32,000 nucleotides of DNA from Rummeliibacillus stabekisii. GTDB lineage: Bacteria > Bacillota > Bacilli > Bacillales_A > Planococcaceae. Made by a program: the position numbers and the translations under genes. Positions 1-8,802 of this stretch are shown here, piece after piece. Under the pieces are notes generated by a model. It saw nothing but the letters and a program-made list of their open reading frames with translations. It was not told where the DNA came from and did not search any database. The stretch covers positions 66,625 through 98,624 of the forward strand of contig NZ_BJVD01000007.1 in NCBI RefSeq assembly GCF_007988965.1, in the 5' to 3' direction. How positions within the stretch are numbered: the stretch's first letter is position 1; every line of letters begins with the position of its first letter.

Positions 1-1151
1 ATTTAGATAACCGTTTGAAAGATAAAACAAAGTTGCTTCGTATTGCTTCTGGATTAATTATCTTAGTCTTTTTTACTTTCTACGTTTCTTCTGGAATGGT
101 AACGGGAGGAGTCTTCTTTGAAAGCTCATTCGGCTTTAATTACCATACAGGGTTATTGGTAACTTCAGGAGTTGTGATAGCCTATACATTGTTTGGCGGT
201 TTCTTAGCTGTGAGTTATACAGATTTTATTCAAGGGCTTGTCATGTTCTTAGCACTTATTATAGTCCCAATTTTCGGATTGTTCCTCACGGGTGGGTTTT
301 CAGACACTGCTCAATCGATACGTGAAGTAGATCCAAATCGATTAAGCTTTCTAACGGGAGCGACCGTAACAGGGGTCATCTCAGCAGTAGCATGGGGGTT
401 AGGCTATTTTGGTCAGCCACATATTATCGTACGTTTTATGGCGATTAGTAGTGTGAAAGAAACAAAACAAGCGAGACGAATCGGCATTGGATGGATGTTC
501 TTAAGTTTGTTTGGAGCTATCGCCACTGCTTTAATCGGGATTGCTTATTATCAACAAAATGGTTTAGAACTGAAAAATCCTGAAACCGTATTTATTGCTT
601 TAGGCCAAATACTGTTCCATCCATTTATCGCAGGAATTATGTTAGCAGCGATACTGGCTGCGATTATGAGTACGATTTCTTCTCAATTGATTGTAACGTC
701 TTCTGCTTTAGTAGAAGATATCTATAAAGCTGTGTTTAAAACCAATGCAACTGATAAGCATTATGTATTTTTAGGCAGAATGGCTGTATTGATTGTATCC
801 CTTCTAGCGATTGCTCTTGCTTGGAATCAAGATAATAAAATATTAGACTTGGTATCATTTGCCTGGGCGGGCTTTGGGTCAGCGTTTGGTCCAGTAATAT
901 TGCTTACATTGTATTGGAAGAAGATTACGAACTGGGGAGCACTTGCGGGTATGGTCACTGGTGCCATCACCGCTTATGTCTGGGGATCTATTAAAACCTT
1001 GCACAATAGTCTGTATGAAATTGTTCCAGGATTCCTTGTCTGTCTGATCGTTGCAGTTATTGTCAGTTTATTGACATATAGACCAAATCAAGAGATTGAA
1101 GAGGAATTTGACAGTACAGTTGATCTATTAGCGGAAGAAAAAAGAAAATAA
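1..1151 (+). CDS. putP: Sodium:proline symporter (SSF family), 5'-truncated by the window edge
   Basis: The reading frame is open from the window start, upstream of the ORF-track start at 15. GLGYFGQPHIIVRFMA and AAIMSTISSQLIV-type segments match PutP/OpuE Na+/solute symporters. The product is polytopic and hydrophobic. A terminator follows. Confidence 0.85.
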   Translation, partial: LDNRLKDKTKLLRIASGLIILVFFTFYVSSGMVTGGVFFESSFGFNYHTGLLVTSGVVIAYTLFGGFLAVSYTDFIQGLVMFLALIIVPIFGLFLTGGFSDTAQSIREVDPNRLSFLTGATVTGVISAVAWGLGYFGQPHIIVRFMAISSVKETKQARRIGIGWMFLSLFGAIATALIGIAYYQQNGLELKNPETVFIALGQILFHPFIAGIMLAAILAAIMSTISSQLIVTSSALVEDIYKAVFKTNATDKHYVFLGRMAVLIVSLLAIALAWNQDNKILDLVSFAWAGFGSAFGPVILLTLYWKKITNWGALAGMVTGAITAYVWGSIKTLHNSLYEIVPGFLVCLIVAVIVSLLTYRPNQEIEEEFDSTVDLLAEEKRK

Positions 1152-1162
1152 ACTAAAAAATT

Positions 1163-1197
1163 GCCTGTAGTATCTGAAAAGCTGCAGGCTTTTTTCT
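1163..1197 (+). terminator. Rho-independent terminator after putP
   Basis: GCCTGTAG / CTGCAGGC stem with one G-U pair, followed by TTTTTTCT. Confidence 0.7.
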
Positions 1198-1212
1198 AAG
1201 GGGTGTCTAAAT

Positions 1213-1905
1213 ATGTTTGAACTCGATCATGTGGTTTATTTTACGAAAAAAACGCCAGAAGAAATTACAAAAGAAGTGTCGATTGAAAGTCTCCATCCTG
1301 TTATTGGTGGACAACACCTTCAGTGGGGAACTCATAATGCATTATTATACACAAGAGATAGTTATATCGAGTATTTAGCAGTTGAAGATGAATCAGTGGC
1401 TCGAAAATCTTCCCAGCCGTTAGTGCAACAACTGCTCTATGATTTGCCTGGCGGTGAAGGTTTTTATACGTTATGTCTAAGAACAGATAGTATAGAAGAG
1501 AAAAATATTTATTTCCGGAAGCTTGGGTACCGGACAACGGGTGTCATTCCGGCAGAAAGAAAAACACAAGATGGTGAGCTATTAAGATGGAAAATGCTGT
1601 TTATTGAGCAGAGGATTGGGGATGATCTGCCATACCCATTTTTCATCCAATGGGAGCAGCCTATAGAAGTAAGGTACCAAAATCTAAAAGCAACTGGGAT
1701 GGTACAAGAGGCAAATGAGAAACTGTTTATTGAACGCTGTCTGTTCAATGTAAGAAACACCGATCAAAAAATTACTCAATGGTCGAGACTTCTATCTTTG
1801 CCGGTAAACGGCAACACACTAAGACTTCCTAACACAACATTTGTATTCCAAGCTTTTAATGAACAGAAGGAACGTTTGCACAATATTGAATTAGGGAAAA
1901 TTTGA
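1213..1905 (+). CDS. VOC family (glyoxalase-like domain) protein
   Basis: 230-aa ORF with RBS GGGGTG upstream. The N-terminal LDHVVYF...GGQHLQWGTHNAL pattern is typical of glyoxalase-like/VOC proteins of Bacilli. Function is not assignable. Confidence 0.55.
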   Translation: MFELDHVVYFTKKTPEEITKEVSIESLHPVIGGQHLQWGTHNALLYTRDSYIEYLAVEDESVARKSSQPLVQQLLYDLPGGEGFYTLCLRTDSIEEKNIYFRKLGYRTTGVIPAERKTQDGELLRWKMLFIEQRIGDDLPYPFFIQWEQPIEVRYQNLKATGMVQEANEKLFIERCLFNVRNTDQKITQWSRLLSLPVNGNTLRLPNTTFVFQAFNEQKERLHNIELGKI

Positions 1906-1956
1906 ATCGTAAACATTTCTTGTGATAGGATGGACATAATATATAGAAGAAAAGGA

Positions 1957-1990
1957 AAAGGAGAGTGGTTTATCTGCTCTCCTTTCTTTT
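1957..1990 (+). terminator. Rho-independent terminator after the VOC gene
   Basis: AAAGGAGAG / CTCTCCTTT 9-bp stem, followed by CTTTT. Confidence 0.6.
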
Positions 1991-2020
1991 AGCATCCAGT
2001 CGCATGAGGGAGGAACATAC

Positions 2021-3286
2021 ATGGAAGAATTGCAAGAAAAGGCGGTATTAGTTGGAGTCAATCTACATAATGATTTGCACTTTGACTACTCAATTGAAGA
2101 GCTTGGAAATTTAGCTGAGGCATTGAATGTAGAAGTAGTGGGTGTAGTTACGCAAAATTTAGAACGAGTCAATCCTTCACACTATGTAGGGACTGGTAAA
2201 ATAGAAGAAATCAAAAGATATTATGAAGCAGTTGATGCAAACTTAGTCATCTTTGATGATGAATTATCTCCATCTCAAATACGAAATCTTGAAAGAGACC
2301 TGGAATGTAAGGTAATTGACCGGACGATGCTCATCCTGGATATTTTTGCAAGGCGCGCCAAGTCGAAGGAAGCGCAAATGCAAGTGGAACTCGCACAATT
2401 GCAATATATGCTGCCAAGATTAGTTGGTCTTCGCGATTCATTAAGTAGGCAGGGCGGCGGTACAGGCGGTGGTTTCAAAAACAGAGGTGCCGGCGAAACA
2501 AAGCTGGAGCTGGATCGACGTAAAATTGAAGATCAAATTGCTAAGCTTCATAAAGAGCTGGAGAGCGTAAAAGAACAGCGAGAAACGCAAAGGAAGCAAC
2601 GACGGAAAAGCGAAATTCCTATTGTTTCCATTGTCGGCTACACAAATGCTGGTAAATCGACTATCATGAATCAGCTGCTTCAAAATACAAGCCAGGAAGA
2701 GCACAAGCAAGTATTTGAAAAAAATATGCTCTTTGCAACATTGGAGACTTCTGTAAGACAGATTTCATTGCCTGATAACAAGAGCTTTTTACTGACGGAT
2801 ACAGTTGGCTTTGTCAGCAAATTACCTCACCATTTAGTAAAAGCTTTTCGTTCAACATTGGAAGAAGCTAGAGATGCGGATTTGTTGCTTCATGTGGTAG
2901 ATGCCTCTAATCCGGAAAATCAATATATGATGGAAGTCACCAATGATACGCTTGAAGCAGTTGGTGTAGTAGATGTTCCAACAATCAATGTCTTCAATAA
3001 AGCAGATCTTGCAAACTTGGCCTACCCATACACCAATCACAATCAGATATGGATGTCAGCTAAGGAAAGAAAAGGCATAGATGAATTGCTACAGCTCATT
3101 CGCAGCCATATTTTTAAAGATTATGTTACCTGCACACTCTGCATCCCGTATGAAAGGGGAGAGATCGTTTCTTACTTAAATGAGCATGCCCATATACTGG
3201 AGACATCCTATGAGGAGTCAGGAACAGTCGTCAAAGCAGAAGTGAAGGAAGCTATTATGCAAAAGTACAAGCAATACTTAATTTAG
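2021..3286 (+). CDS. hflX: GTPase HflX
   Basis: RBS GAGGGAGG. HflX N-terminal domain plus coiled linker. G1 GYTNAGKST, G3 DTVGF, G4 NKAD. Confidence 0.9.
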   Translation: MEELQEKAVLVGVNLHNDLHFDYSIEELGNLAEALNVEVVGVVTQNLERVNPSHYVGTGKIEEIKRYYEAVDANLVIFDDELSPSQIRNLERDLECKVIDRTMLILDIFARRAKSKEAQMQVELAQLQYMLPRLVGLRDSLSRQGGGTGGGFKNRGAGETKLELDRRKIEDQIAKLHKELESVKEQRETQRKQRRKSEIPIVSIVGYTNAGKSTIMNQLLQNTSQEEHKQVFEKNMLFATLETSVRQISLPDNKSFLLTDTVGFVSKLPHHLVKAFRSTLEEARDADLLLHVVDASNPENQYMMEVTNDTLEAVGVVDVPTINVFNKADLANLAYPYTNHNQIWMSAKERKGIDELLQLIRSHIFKDYVTCTLCIPYERGEIVSYLNEHAHILETSYEESGTVVKAEVKEAIMQKYKQYLI

Positions 3287-3329
3287 TCCTCATGCTTAGC
3301 AAATTCACAAGGGACCTAGAAATATAATG

Positions 3330-3380
3330 AGACTGTAAACGTGCAGGTATTATAAAGCATGATTACAGTCTTTCCTTTGG
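3330..3380 (+). terminator. Probable terminator hairpin after hflX
   Basis: AGACTGTAA / TTACAGTCT 9-bp stem extended by 5 more pairs after one mismatch. The T-rich tail TTCCTTT is weak. Confidence 0.45.
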
Positions 3381-3583
3381 AATAGGGATTATGCTACTAA
3401 GTCGGACAAGGTTATTTGTATTTATAGAGCATACACATTAAACTCTATTGTTTTTTTAATATTTTATTTTTAAATATACATATTTATTTAATAATTAATA
3501 ATACTATTGAATAATAGGGAAAAACGTGCGGTTACCCCATGTGAAATCAGAAAATATAAAATTTTCCACCATGAAAAATTTTT

Positions 3584-3612
3584 TTGACATAACACAAGTG
3601 TGCATGTATAAT
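3584..3612 (+). promoter_or_regulatory. Consensus sigma-A promoter for dtpT
   Basis: TTGACA (3584-3589), exactly 17 nt of spacer, then TATAAT (3607-3612). It lies about 100 nt upstream of the dtpT start. Confidence 0.65.
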
Positions 3613-3712
3613 GGACAACATACTTCACTAAACTTTAAAGTTATGAAAAGAGATATAGTTTATAGTTAGAATTGTTGGACTATTTTTTATATTGAAAGAA
3701 GGAGAGTTTCTT

Positions 3713-5200
3713 ATGGCAACAAGAGAGGAAATCGTTAAATCAGTCCCTCAAAAGGGATTCTTTGGTCATCCAAAAGGCCTGTTTAGTTTATTCTTTACTG
3801 AATTCTGGGAGCGTTTCTCATATTACGGAATGAAAGCAATTCTGATTTATTTCATGTACGATACCGTGAAAAACGGCGGTTTAGGCCTTAGTGAAACTAC
3901 TGCCTCTTCCATTATGGCAATCTACGGCTCATTAGTTTATATGTCAGGTATTATTGGCGGATGGGTTGCTGACCGCTTATTAGGAACAAGAAGAACTTCA
4001 TTCTGGGGTGGTATATTAATTATTGTTGGACATATATGTCTGGCGATTCCTGGAGGTTTGCCATTCTTATTCACTTCAATGGTATTTATTATTCTAGGTA
4101 CAGGTTTATTGAAACCAAACGTATCTTCAATTGTTGGTGAAATTTATGCCGAAGGTGACAATCGTCGCGATGCAGGCTTTAATATTTTCTACATGGGAAT
4201 TAATGCAGGGGCATTTATCGCTCCATTAGTTGTAGGTGCTGTAAAAGAGGAATACAACTATCACGTTGGTTTTAGTGTTGCTGCTATTGGTATGGCAATT
4301 GGATTATTCTTCTATACACATAATCAAAAGCAAAAATTAGGACTAGCAGGTATGGAACCTAAAAATCCACTGACTGATGTTGAACGTGGGAAAATCATTA
4401 AGAATTTCATAATTTCCCTAGTAATTATAGCAATTTTAGTTGTTATTGCGGCAATGGTTGGCCTCATTACAATTAACAATGTAGTTAACTTCTTTACAGT
4501 CATTGGTTTATTAGCACCAATTTGTGTTTTCATTTGGATGTTTACTAGTAAGAAAACAGAAGCGAAAGAAAAGTCTCACCTTCTTGCATACATCCCTTTG
4601 TTTATTACTGGTACAATGTTCTGGGTTATTCAAGAGCAAGGTTCTACTATACTTGCTACTTATATTAAGCAGCGTACAGACTTATCAATTGGCTCCTATA
4701 ATATCCCAGCACCATGGTTCCAATCATTGAACCCATTATTCATTATTACAATGGCACCAATCTTTGCGGCTATTTGGATGAAACTGGGCAATCGTCAACC
4801 ATCTACGCCAATTAAATTCTCATTCTCCTTGTTGTTTGCAGGGGCATCATTCTTGATTATGATTATTCCAGCAATCTCTTCAGGCGGTACAGAGTTAATT
4901 AGCCCATGGTGGATCGTTATTTCATTCTTCTTAGTAGTAGTAGGTGAATTATTAATGTCACCGGTTGGTTTATCGGCAACAACAAAATTAGCTCCGGCTG
5001 CATTTGCTGCGCAAACAATGTCACTATGGTTCTTGACTAGTACTGCAGCACAAGCATTGAATGCTCAATTAGCTAAGTTGTTTGATAAAATTTCTGAGGT
5101 ACAATACTTCGGATTCCTTGGCGGTGCTTCCGTTGCATTATTTATCATCATGTTAATACTAAGTCCATGGATCTCTAAAAAAATGGGCGATATTAAATAA
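3713..5200 (+). CDS. dtpT: Proton-dependent di-/tripeptide transporter (POT/PTR2 family)
   Basis: PTR2 signatures FWERFSYYGMKAIL and GGWVADRLLGTRR. The ATG at 3713 is preferred over the ORF-track TTG at 3692 because GAAGGAGAG lies 7 nt upstream of it. Confidence 0.9.
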   Translation: MATREEIVKSVPQKGFFGHPKGLFSLFFTEFWERFSYYGMKAILIYFMYDTVKNGGLGLSETTASSIMAIYGSLVYMSGIIGGWVADRLLGTRRTSFWGGILIIVGHICLAIPGGLPFLFTSMVFIILGTGLLKPNVSSIVGEIYAEGDNRRDAGFNIFYMGINAGAFIAPLVVGAVKEEYNYHVGFSVAAIGMAIGLFFYTHNQKQKLGLAGMEPKNPLTDVERGKIIKNFIISLVIIAILVVIAAMVGLITINNVVNFFTVIGLLAPICVFIWMFTSKKTEAKEKSHLLAYIPLFITGTMFWVIQEQGSTILATYIKQRTDLSIGSYNIPAPWFQSLNPLFIITMAPIFAAIWMKLGNRQPSTPIKFSFSLLFAGASFLIMIIPAISSGGTELISPWWIVISFFLVVVGELLMSPVGLSATTKLAPAAFAAQTMSLWFLTSTAAQALNAQLAKLFDKISEVQYFGFLGGASVALFIIMLILSPWISKKMGDIK

Positions 5201-5232
5201 AATCGAAATTCGCTTTATAGCGATTTTAAAAT

Positions 5233-5285
5233 AAGCTTGCTTGTAAATCAGTTTATATGGTTTGCAGGCAAGCTTTTTATTTTAT
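5233..5285 (+). terminator. Rho-independent terminator after dtpT
   Basis: AAGCTTGCTTGTAAA / TTTGCAGGCAAGCTT 15-bp stem with two G-U pairs, followed by TTTTATTTTATTT. Confidence 0.75.
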
Positions 5286-5300
5286 TTCCATTAAGATAAT

Positions 5301-5340
5301 ATTAAAGCCTAATTTCCTTATTTAGAAATTAGGCTTTAAT
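5301..5340 (-). terminator. Hairpin downstream of the minus-strand membrane protein gene
   Basis: Perfect 16-bp inverted repeat ATTAAAGCCTAATTTC / GAAATTAGGCTTTAAT with an 8-nt loop. The trailing U-tract on the minus strand is poor. Confidence 0.45.
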
Positions 5341-5350
5341 GATGGAGCGT

Positions 5351-6607
5351 TTATTCGTCTTTTGAATTCTTACTTTCTTTCTCCATTTTCGCTTCAAACT
5401 TTTGCAGTTGGCGACTAGCAAATTCTCGACCGCCAAGCCCAAATGATAGGGCAAATGCCACTGAAAGGCCAGCTATGACGAACAAGAAGGCTAGATTGAC
5501 AATGCTTGTACCGAAGTGCAATTGTGAAAGGGCCATAAAGATTGCCATGATAAGAATGGCATACTTAACTATGCCGCCAAATAAACGATTGCCTGTAGTT
5601 TGGCGAATATAGTTGCCAAGAAGGGTAGAGCCGATAAAGCCAAGCAAAATAATAACGAGTGCACTTAATAGAAGTGGCAGGTAGCTAATAACAGCCATAC
5701 CGATATCTTGTAGAACTTCTAGATGCAAAACATTGAGTCCTTCAACTGTAAAGAATATAATAATAAGTACTTGCACAACTTTACCAATAATTGTGGCAAT
5801 ATCAAATGATGGCATAGATGATTGTTGTTTTTGATTTAAATATTTTGATACATCGTCGATGCCTGTGCCTTTTAAGAGATTGCTAAGCAATTCTCCAATA
5901 AAACGTGCTAGAACGATACCAATAAGGATTAATATAACCGCTACAAAAATATTTGGAATCATATTGAGCACTTCATTTAACATAGCAGTAACTGGACGTG
6001 TAATGGAGTCGATTCCAAGTGTTTCAAGTGCAACAGTGACAATCGGAATCAGGATTAAAATGAAAACAACGTTAGACAGTACATTGGTAAGCGTAGTTTT
6101 ACTATCAGGAGACATTACTTCTCCGTTTCCACGTTTGGTCAATTTATTGAACCATTTATCAATGTTGATTGTTCCTAAGATCATAGAAACGATGTTGCGG
6201 ACAAATTTGGCTACAAAGTAACCAATCACTAAAATAATAGCAGCCATGAATAAGTTAGGTAGGAAATCGAGTGTTTTATCCATCATATTAGAAATAGGAT
6301 TCGCTACTGAATTCATTCTCAACTGATCTAATACGCTCGGCAAGAACAATATGAACACAAGATAGTAAAGTATTTTACCAATAGAATTGAGCTTATTGTG
6401 GGCGTCCCTATCATCAGTTGCCATATGAGCTCTCGTCATTGCTCGTGTTGCGCCGATTTTTTTGAGGCCTTTTGTAAAAATAGCTTGGATAAGAGTTGCA
6501 ACAAGCCAAGCTACGACCAGTAGCAGAATAGCTCCTAAAATATTGGGAATAAAGTTTGCTACTCTGTACCACATGTCATGAAATTCACCTGTAAATCGAT
6601 TGACCAT
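5351..6607 (-). CDS. Polytopic membrane protein with four 'conserved TM helix' repeats (annotated in relatives as mechanosensitive-channel-related)
   Basis: RBS GGAGG upstream of the ATG. A fourfold internal repeat of the pattern (F/M/Y)(I/L)PN(I/L)... + hydrophobic helix + basic/GT-rich linker is visible at about residues 20, 115, 215 and 310. The C-terminal tail is charged. Confidence 0.7.
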   Translation of the reverse strand: MVNRFTGEFHDMWYRVANFIPNILGAILLLVVAWLVATLIQAIFTKGLKKIGATRAMTRAHMATDDRDAHNKLNSIGKILYYLVFILFLPSVLDQLRMNSVANPISNMMDKTLDFLPNLFMAAIILVIGYFVAKFVRNIVSMILGTINIDKWFNKLTKRGNGEVMSPDSKTTLTNVLSNVVFILILIPIVTVALETLGIDSITRPVTAMLNEVLNMIPNIFVAVILILIGIVLARFIGELLSNLLKGTGIDDVSKYLNQKQQSSMPSFDIATIIGKVVQVLIIIFFTVEGLNVLHLEVLQDIGMAVISYLPLLLSALVIILLGFIGSTLLGNYIRQTTGNRLFGGIVKYAILIMAIFMALSQLHFGTSIVNLAFLFVIAGLSVAFALSFGLGGREFASRQLQKFEAKMEKESKNSKDE

Positions 6608-6779
6608 CTTTTTACCTCCAAATATAAAATATTCCTGTTGATATCGACTTTATTACCCTTGTCTACTAGGAATAAACATATTGTCGAATAAAGAGATTTT
6701 TCACTTCGTCGAGGTTTAAGTATTACTTTACGTACTATGATAACGAAAGAAATACTAATCTATAATATATAAATCCTTT

Positions 6780-6794
6780 TGATAATCATTTTCA
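6780..6794. promoter_or_regulatory. Fur box 1 (7-1-7 type)
   Basis: TGATAATCATTTTCA versus the Bacillus Fur 7-1-7 consensus TGATAATNATTATCA: 14/15 match. It lies just upstream of the -35 of the siderophore-transport operon. Confidence 0.7.
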
Positions 6795-6802
6795 ATTAAC
6801 GG

Positions 6803-6830
6803 TTGAAATATAATATTCAGATGCTATAAT
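6803..6830 (+). promoter_or_regulatory. Sigma-A promoter of the yclNOPQ-like operon
   Basis: TTGAAA (6803-6808), 16 nt of spacer, then TATAAT (6825-6830). Confidence 0.6.
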
Positions 6831-6844
6831 TAAGTAGGAGCAAG

Positions 6845-6859
6845 TGATAATGATTTTCA
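6845..6859. promoter_or_regulatory. Fur box 2 (7-1-7 type)
   Basis: TGATAATGATTTTCA, 14/15 to TGATAATNATTATCA. It lies between the -10 and the RBS, in a roadblock position. Confidence 0.7.
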
Positions 6860-6908
6860 TTTGCAGATGTATCACCTAATAAAGGAAGAGGAAGTAGACG
6901 GGATTGCC

Positions 6909-7859
6909 ATGAAAAAACGATATTTATTGATAGCACTTGTTGTGTTGTCTCTTATCTCTCTCTTTGTGGGGGTAAGTGATATCACACCAAAGGACTTATT
7001 AAACTTACATTCAGAAAAGACACAAATTTTCCTCATCAGTCGCGTACCAAGATTGGTTGCGATTATTTTGGCGGGCTTTGGTATGAGTATTGCAGGCTTA
7101 ATTATGCAAAGTTTGAGCCGCAATAAATTCGTATCGCCTACAACGGCTGGTACATTAGATGCTACTCGTTTAGGGATTCTTGTATCGATGCTGTTATTTG
7201 CAAACGCTTCGATGCTTGAAAAAATGGCGGTATCCTTCGTATTTGCGCTTGCCGGCACATTATTATTTATGCAAATATTGGACCGTATTAAATTTAAAGA
7301 TGCGATTTTCATACCGCTTGTCGGATTGATGTTTGGGAATATATTGTCTTCTATCACGACGTTCTTTGCTTATAAGTCCAATGTGATCCAAAATATCTCA
7401 ACATGGCTACAAGGTGACTTCTCGATGATCATGAAAGGTCGCTACGAACTGCTTTATATTAGTGTGCCTGTATTGATTATCGCCTACTTCTATGCCAACC
7501 GTTTTACAGTGGCTGGAATGGGTGAAGATTTTGCAAAAAACCTAGGGCTTGCTTATAAACGTATCGTTAATTTCGGCTTAATCCTTGTTGCTTTAGTTAC
7601 TACTACTGTTGTTTTAACAGTTGGTATGATTCCATTTTTAGGATTGATCATTCCCAATATTGTCTCCATTTTTAAAGGAGACCACTTGCAAAAAACACTG
7701 CCACATACTGCGCTTTTAGGAGCTATATTCCTCTTAATCTGCGATATATTAGGCCGTGTCCTTATCTATCCATATGAGATTTCTATCAGCTTAATGGTAG
7801 GCGTCATAGGCAGTGCAGTCTTCCTATTCTTGTTGTTTAGGGGGAAGGCGTATGCGTAA
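6909..7859 (+). CDS. yclN: Iron-siderophore ABC transporter permease (FecCD family)
   Basis: FecCD-type polytopic permease. The ATG at 6909 (MKKRYLL...) is preferred because the RBS AAAGGAAGAGGAAG is at 6882-6895. It is first in a permease-permease-ATPase-lipoprotein operon with the same order as B. subtilis yclNOPQ. Confidence 0.85.
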   Translation: MKKRYLLIALVVLSLISLFVGVSDITPKDLLNLHSEKTQIFLISRVPRLVAIILAGFGMSIAGLIMQSLSRNKFVSPTTAGTLDATRLGILVSMLLFANASMLEKMAVSFVFALAGTLLFMQILDRIKFKDAIFIPLVGLMFGNILSSITTFFAYKSNVIQNISTWLQGDFSMIMKGRYELLYISVPVLIIAYFYANRFTVAGMGEDFAKNLGLAYKRIVNFGLILVALVTTTVVLTVGMIPFLGLIIPNIVSIFKGDHLQKTLPHTALLGAIFLLICDILGRVLIYPYEISISLMVGVIGSAVFLFLLFRGKAYA

Positions 7860-8802
7860 TAGTATTAAATTAGCAATATTGCTAGGCGTTGCGCTTATAT
7901 TTAGCGCACTGTATATTTTCCAAGGCTTGAACGGCAATTATGATTACATATTGCCTCGGAGAGTAATTAAGATTTTGGCAATGGCTTTGACAGGTGTTTC
8001 TATCGCTTATTCAACGGTCATTTTCCAAACGATTACGCATAACCGTATTTTGACTCCAAGTATTATGGGGTTAGATTCTCTATATTTGCTTTTGCAAACG
8101 TTTATTATTTTCTTTTTTGGATCTGGCCATATTATCATTATGAACGCGCAAGTGAACTTCTTTGTGTCAGTTGTCGTTATGATAGGCTTTGCGCTAATCC
8201 TATACCAATTTTTATTTCGCGCTGGCGGGAAACCGATTTACTTTTTGCTGTTAGTGGGCATAATTGTGGGGACGTTCTTAGGAAGTATCACGACTTTTAT
8301 GGAAGTTTTGATTGATCCAAATGAATTTACCCGCGTACAAGACAAAATGTTTGCTAGTTTCAATAATGTCAACGGTGATCTCGTATGGCTGGCATTAGTG
8401 GTAGTTGTGATTGTCATGATCTATGGTGTTAGAATGATCAATCAACTAGACGTTCTATCACTCGGCCGAGATACAGCGATTAATTTAGGTGTGCCTTATG
8501 ATAAAGTGGTCAAGCGCATGCTGATCATCTCAGCGATACTTATTTCAGTATCAACGGCACTTGTTGGGCCTATTACATTCTTCGGTTTGATAGTAGCCAA
8601 TTTATCTTATCAATTTTTCAAAACGTATAAGCATTCCATTTTGATTACGGGTGCGTCATTTATGAGTTTAGTTGCATTAATCGGAGGCCAATGGATAGTT
8701 GAGCGAGTATTTACATTCTCAACAACATTAAGTGTTATCATCAATTTCATCGGTGGTATCTACTTTATTTACTTATTATTGAAGGAGAGTCGATCTGCAT
8801 GA
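7852..8802 (+). CDS. yclO: Iron-siderophore ABC transporter permease (FecCD family)
   Basis: The ATG at 7852 (MRNSIKL...) is preceded by GGGGAAGG and overlaps the upstream stop by 8 nt. It is a FecCD-like polytopic protein. Confidence 0.85.
   Translation: MRNSIKLAILLGVALIFSALYIFQGLNGNYDYILPRRVIKILAMALTGVSIAYSTVIFQTITHNRILTPSIMGLDSLYLLLQTFIIFFFGSGHIIIMNAQVNFFVSVVVMIGFALILYQFLFRAGGKPIYFLLLVGIIVGTFLGSITTFMEVLIDPNEFTRVQDKMFASFNNVNGDLVWLALVVVVIVMIYGVRMINQLDVLSLGRDTAINLGVPYDKVVKRMLIISAILISVSTALVGPITFFGLIVANLSYQFFKTYKHSILITGASFMSLVALIGGQWIVERVFTFSTTLSVIINFIGGIYFIYLLLKESRSA

Noticed and set aside
3544-3572. CodY-like sequence (TCAGAAAATA...AAAATTTTCC) just upstream of the dtpT -35.
   Set aside because: The best 15-mer alignment to AATTTTCWGAAAATT gives only about 9/15 matches. 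This is indistinguishable from background in such AT-rich DNA.
3643-3669. 8-codon upstream ORF (MKRDIVYS) and the 12-bp palindrome AACTTTAAAGTT (3631-3642) in the dtpT leader, as a possible leader-peptide attenuator.
   Set aside because: There is no Shine-Dalgarno sequence before the uORF and no terminator/antiterminator alternative structures downstream. The palindrome is short and AT-rich, so it is expected by chance in this context.
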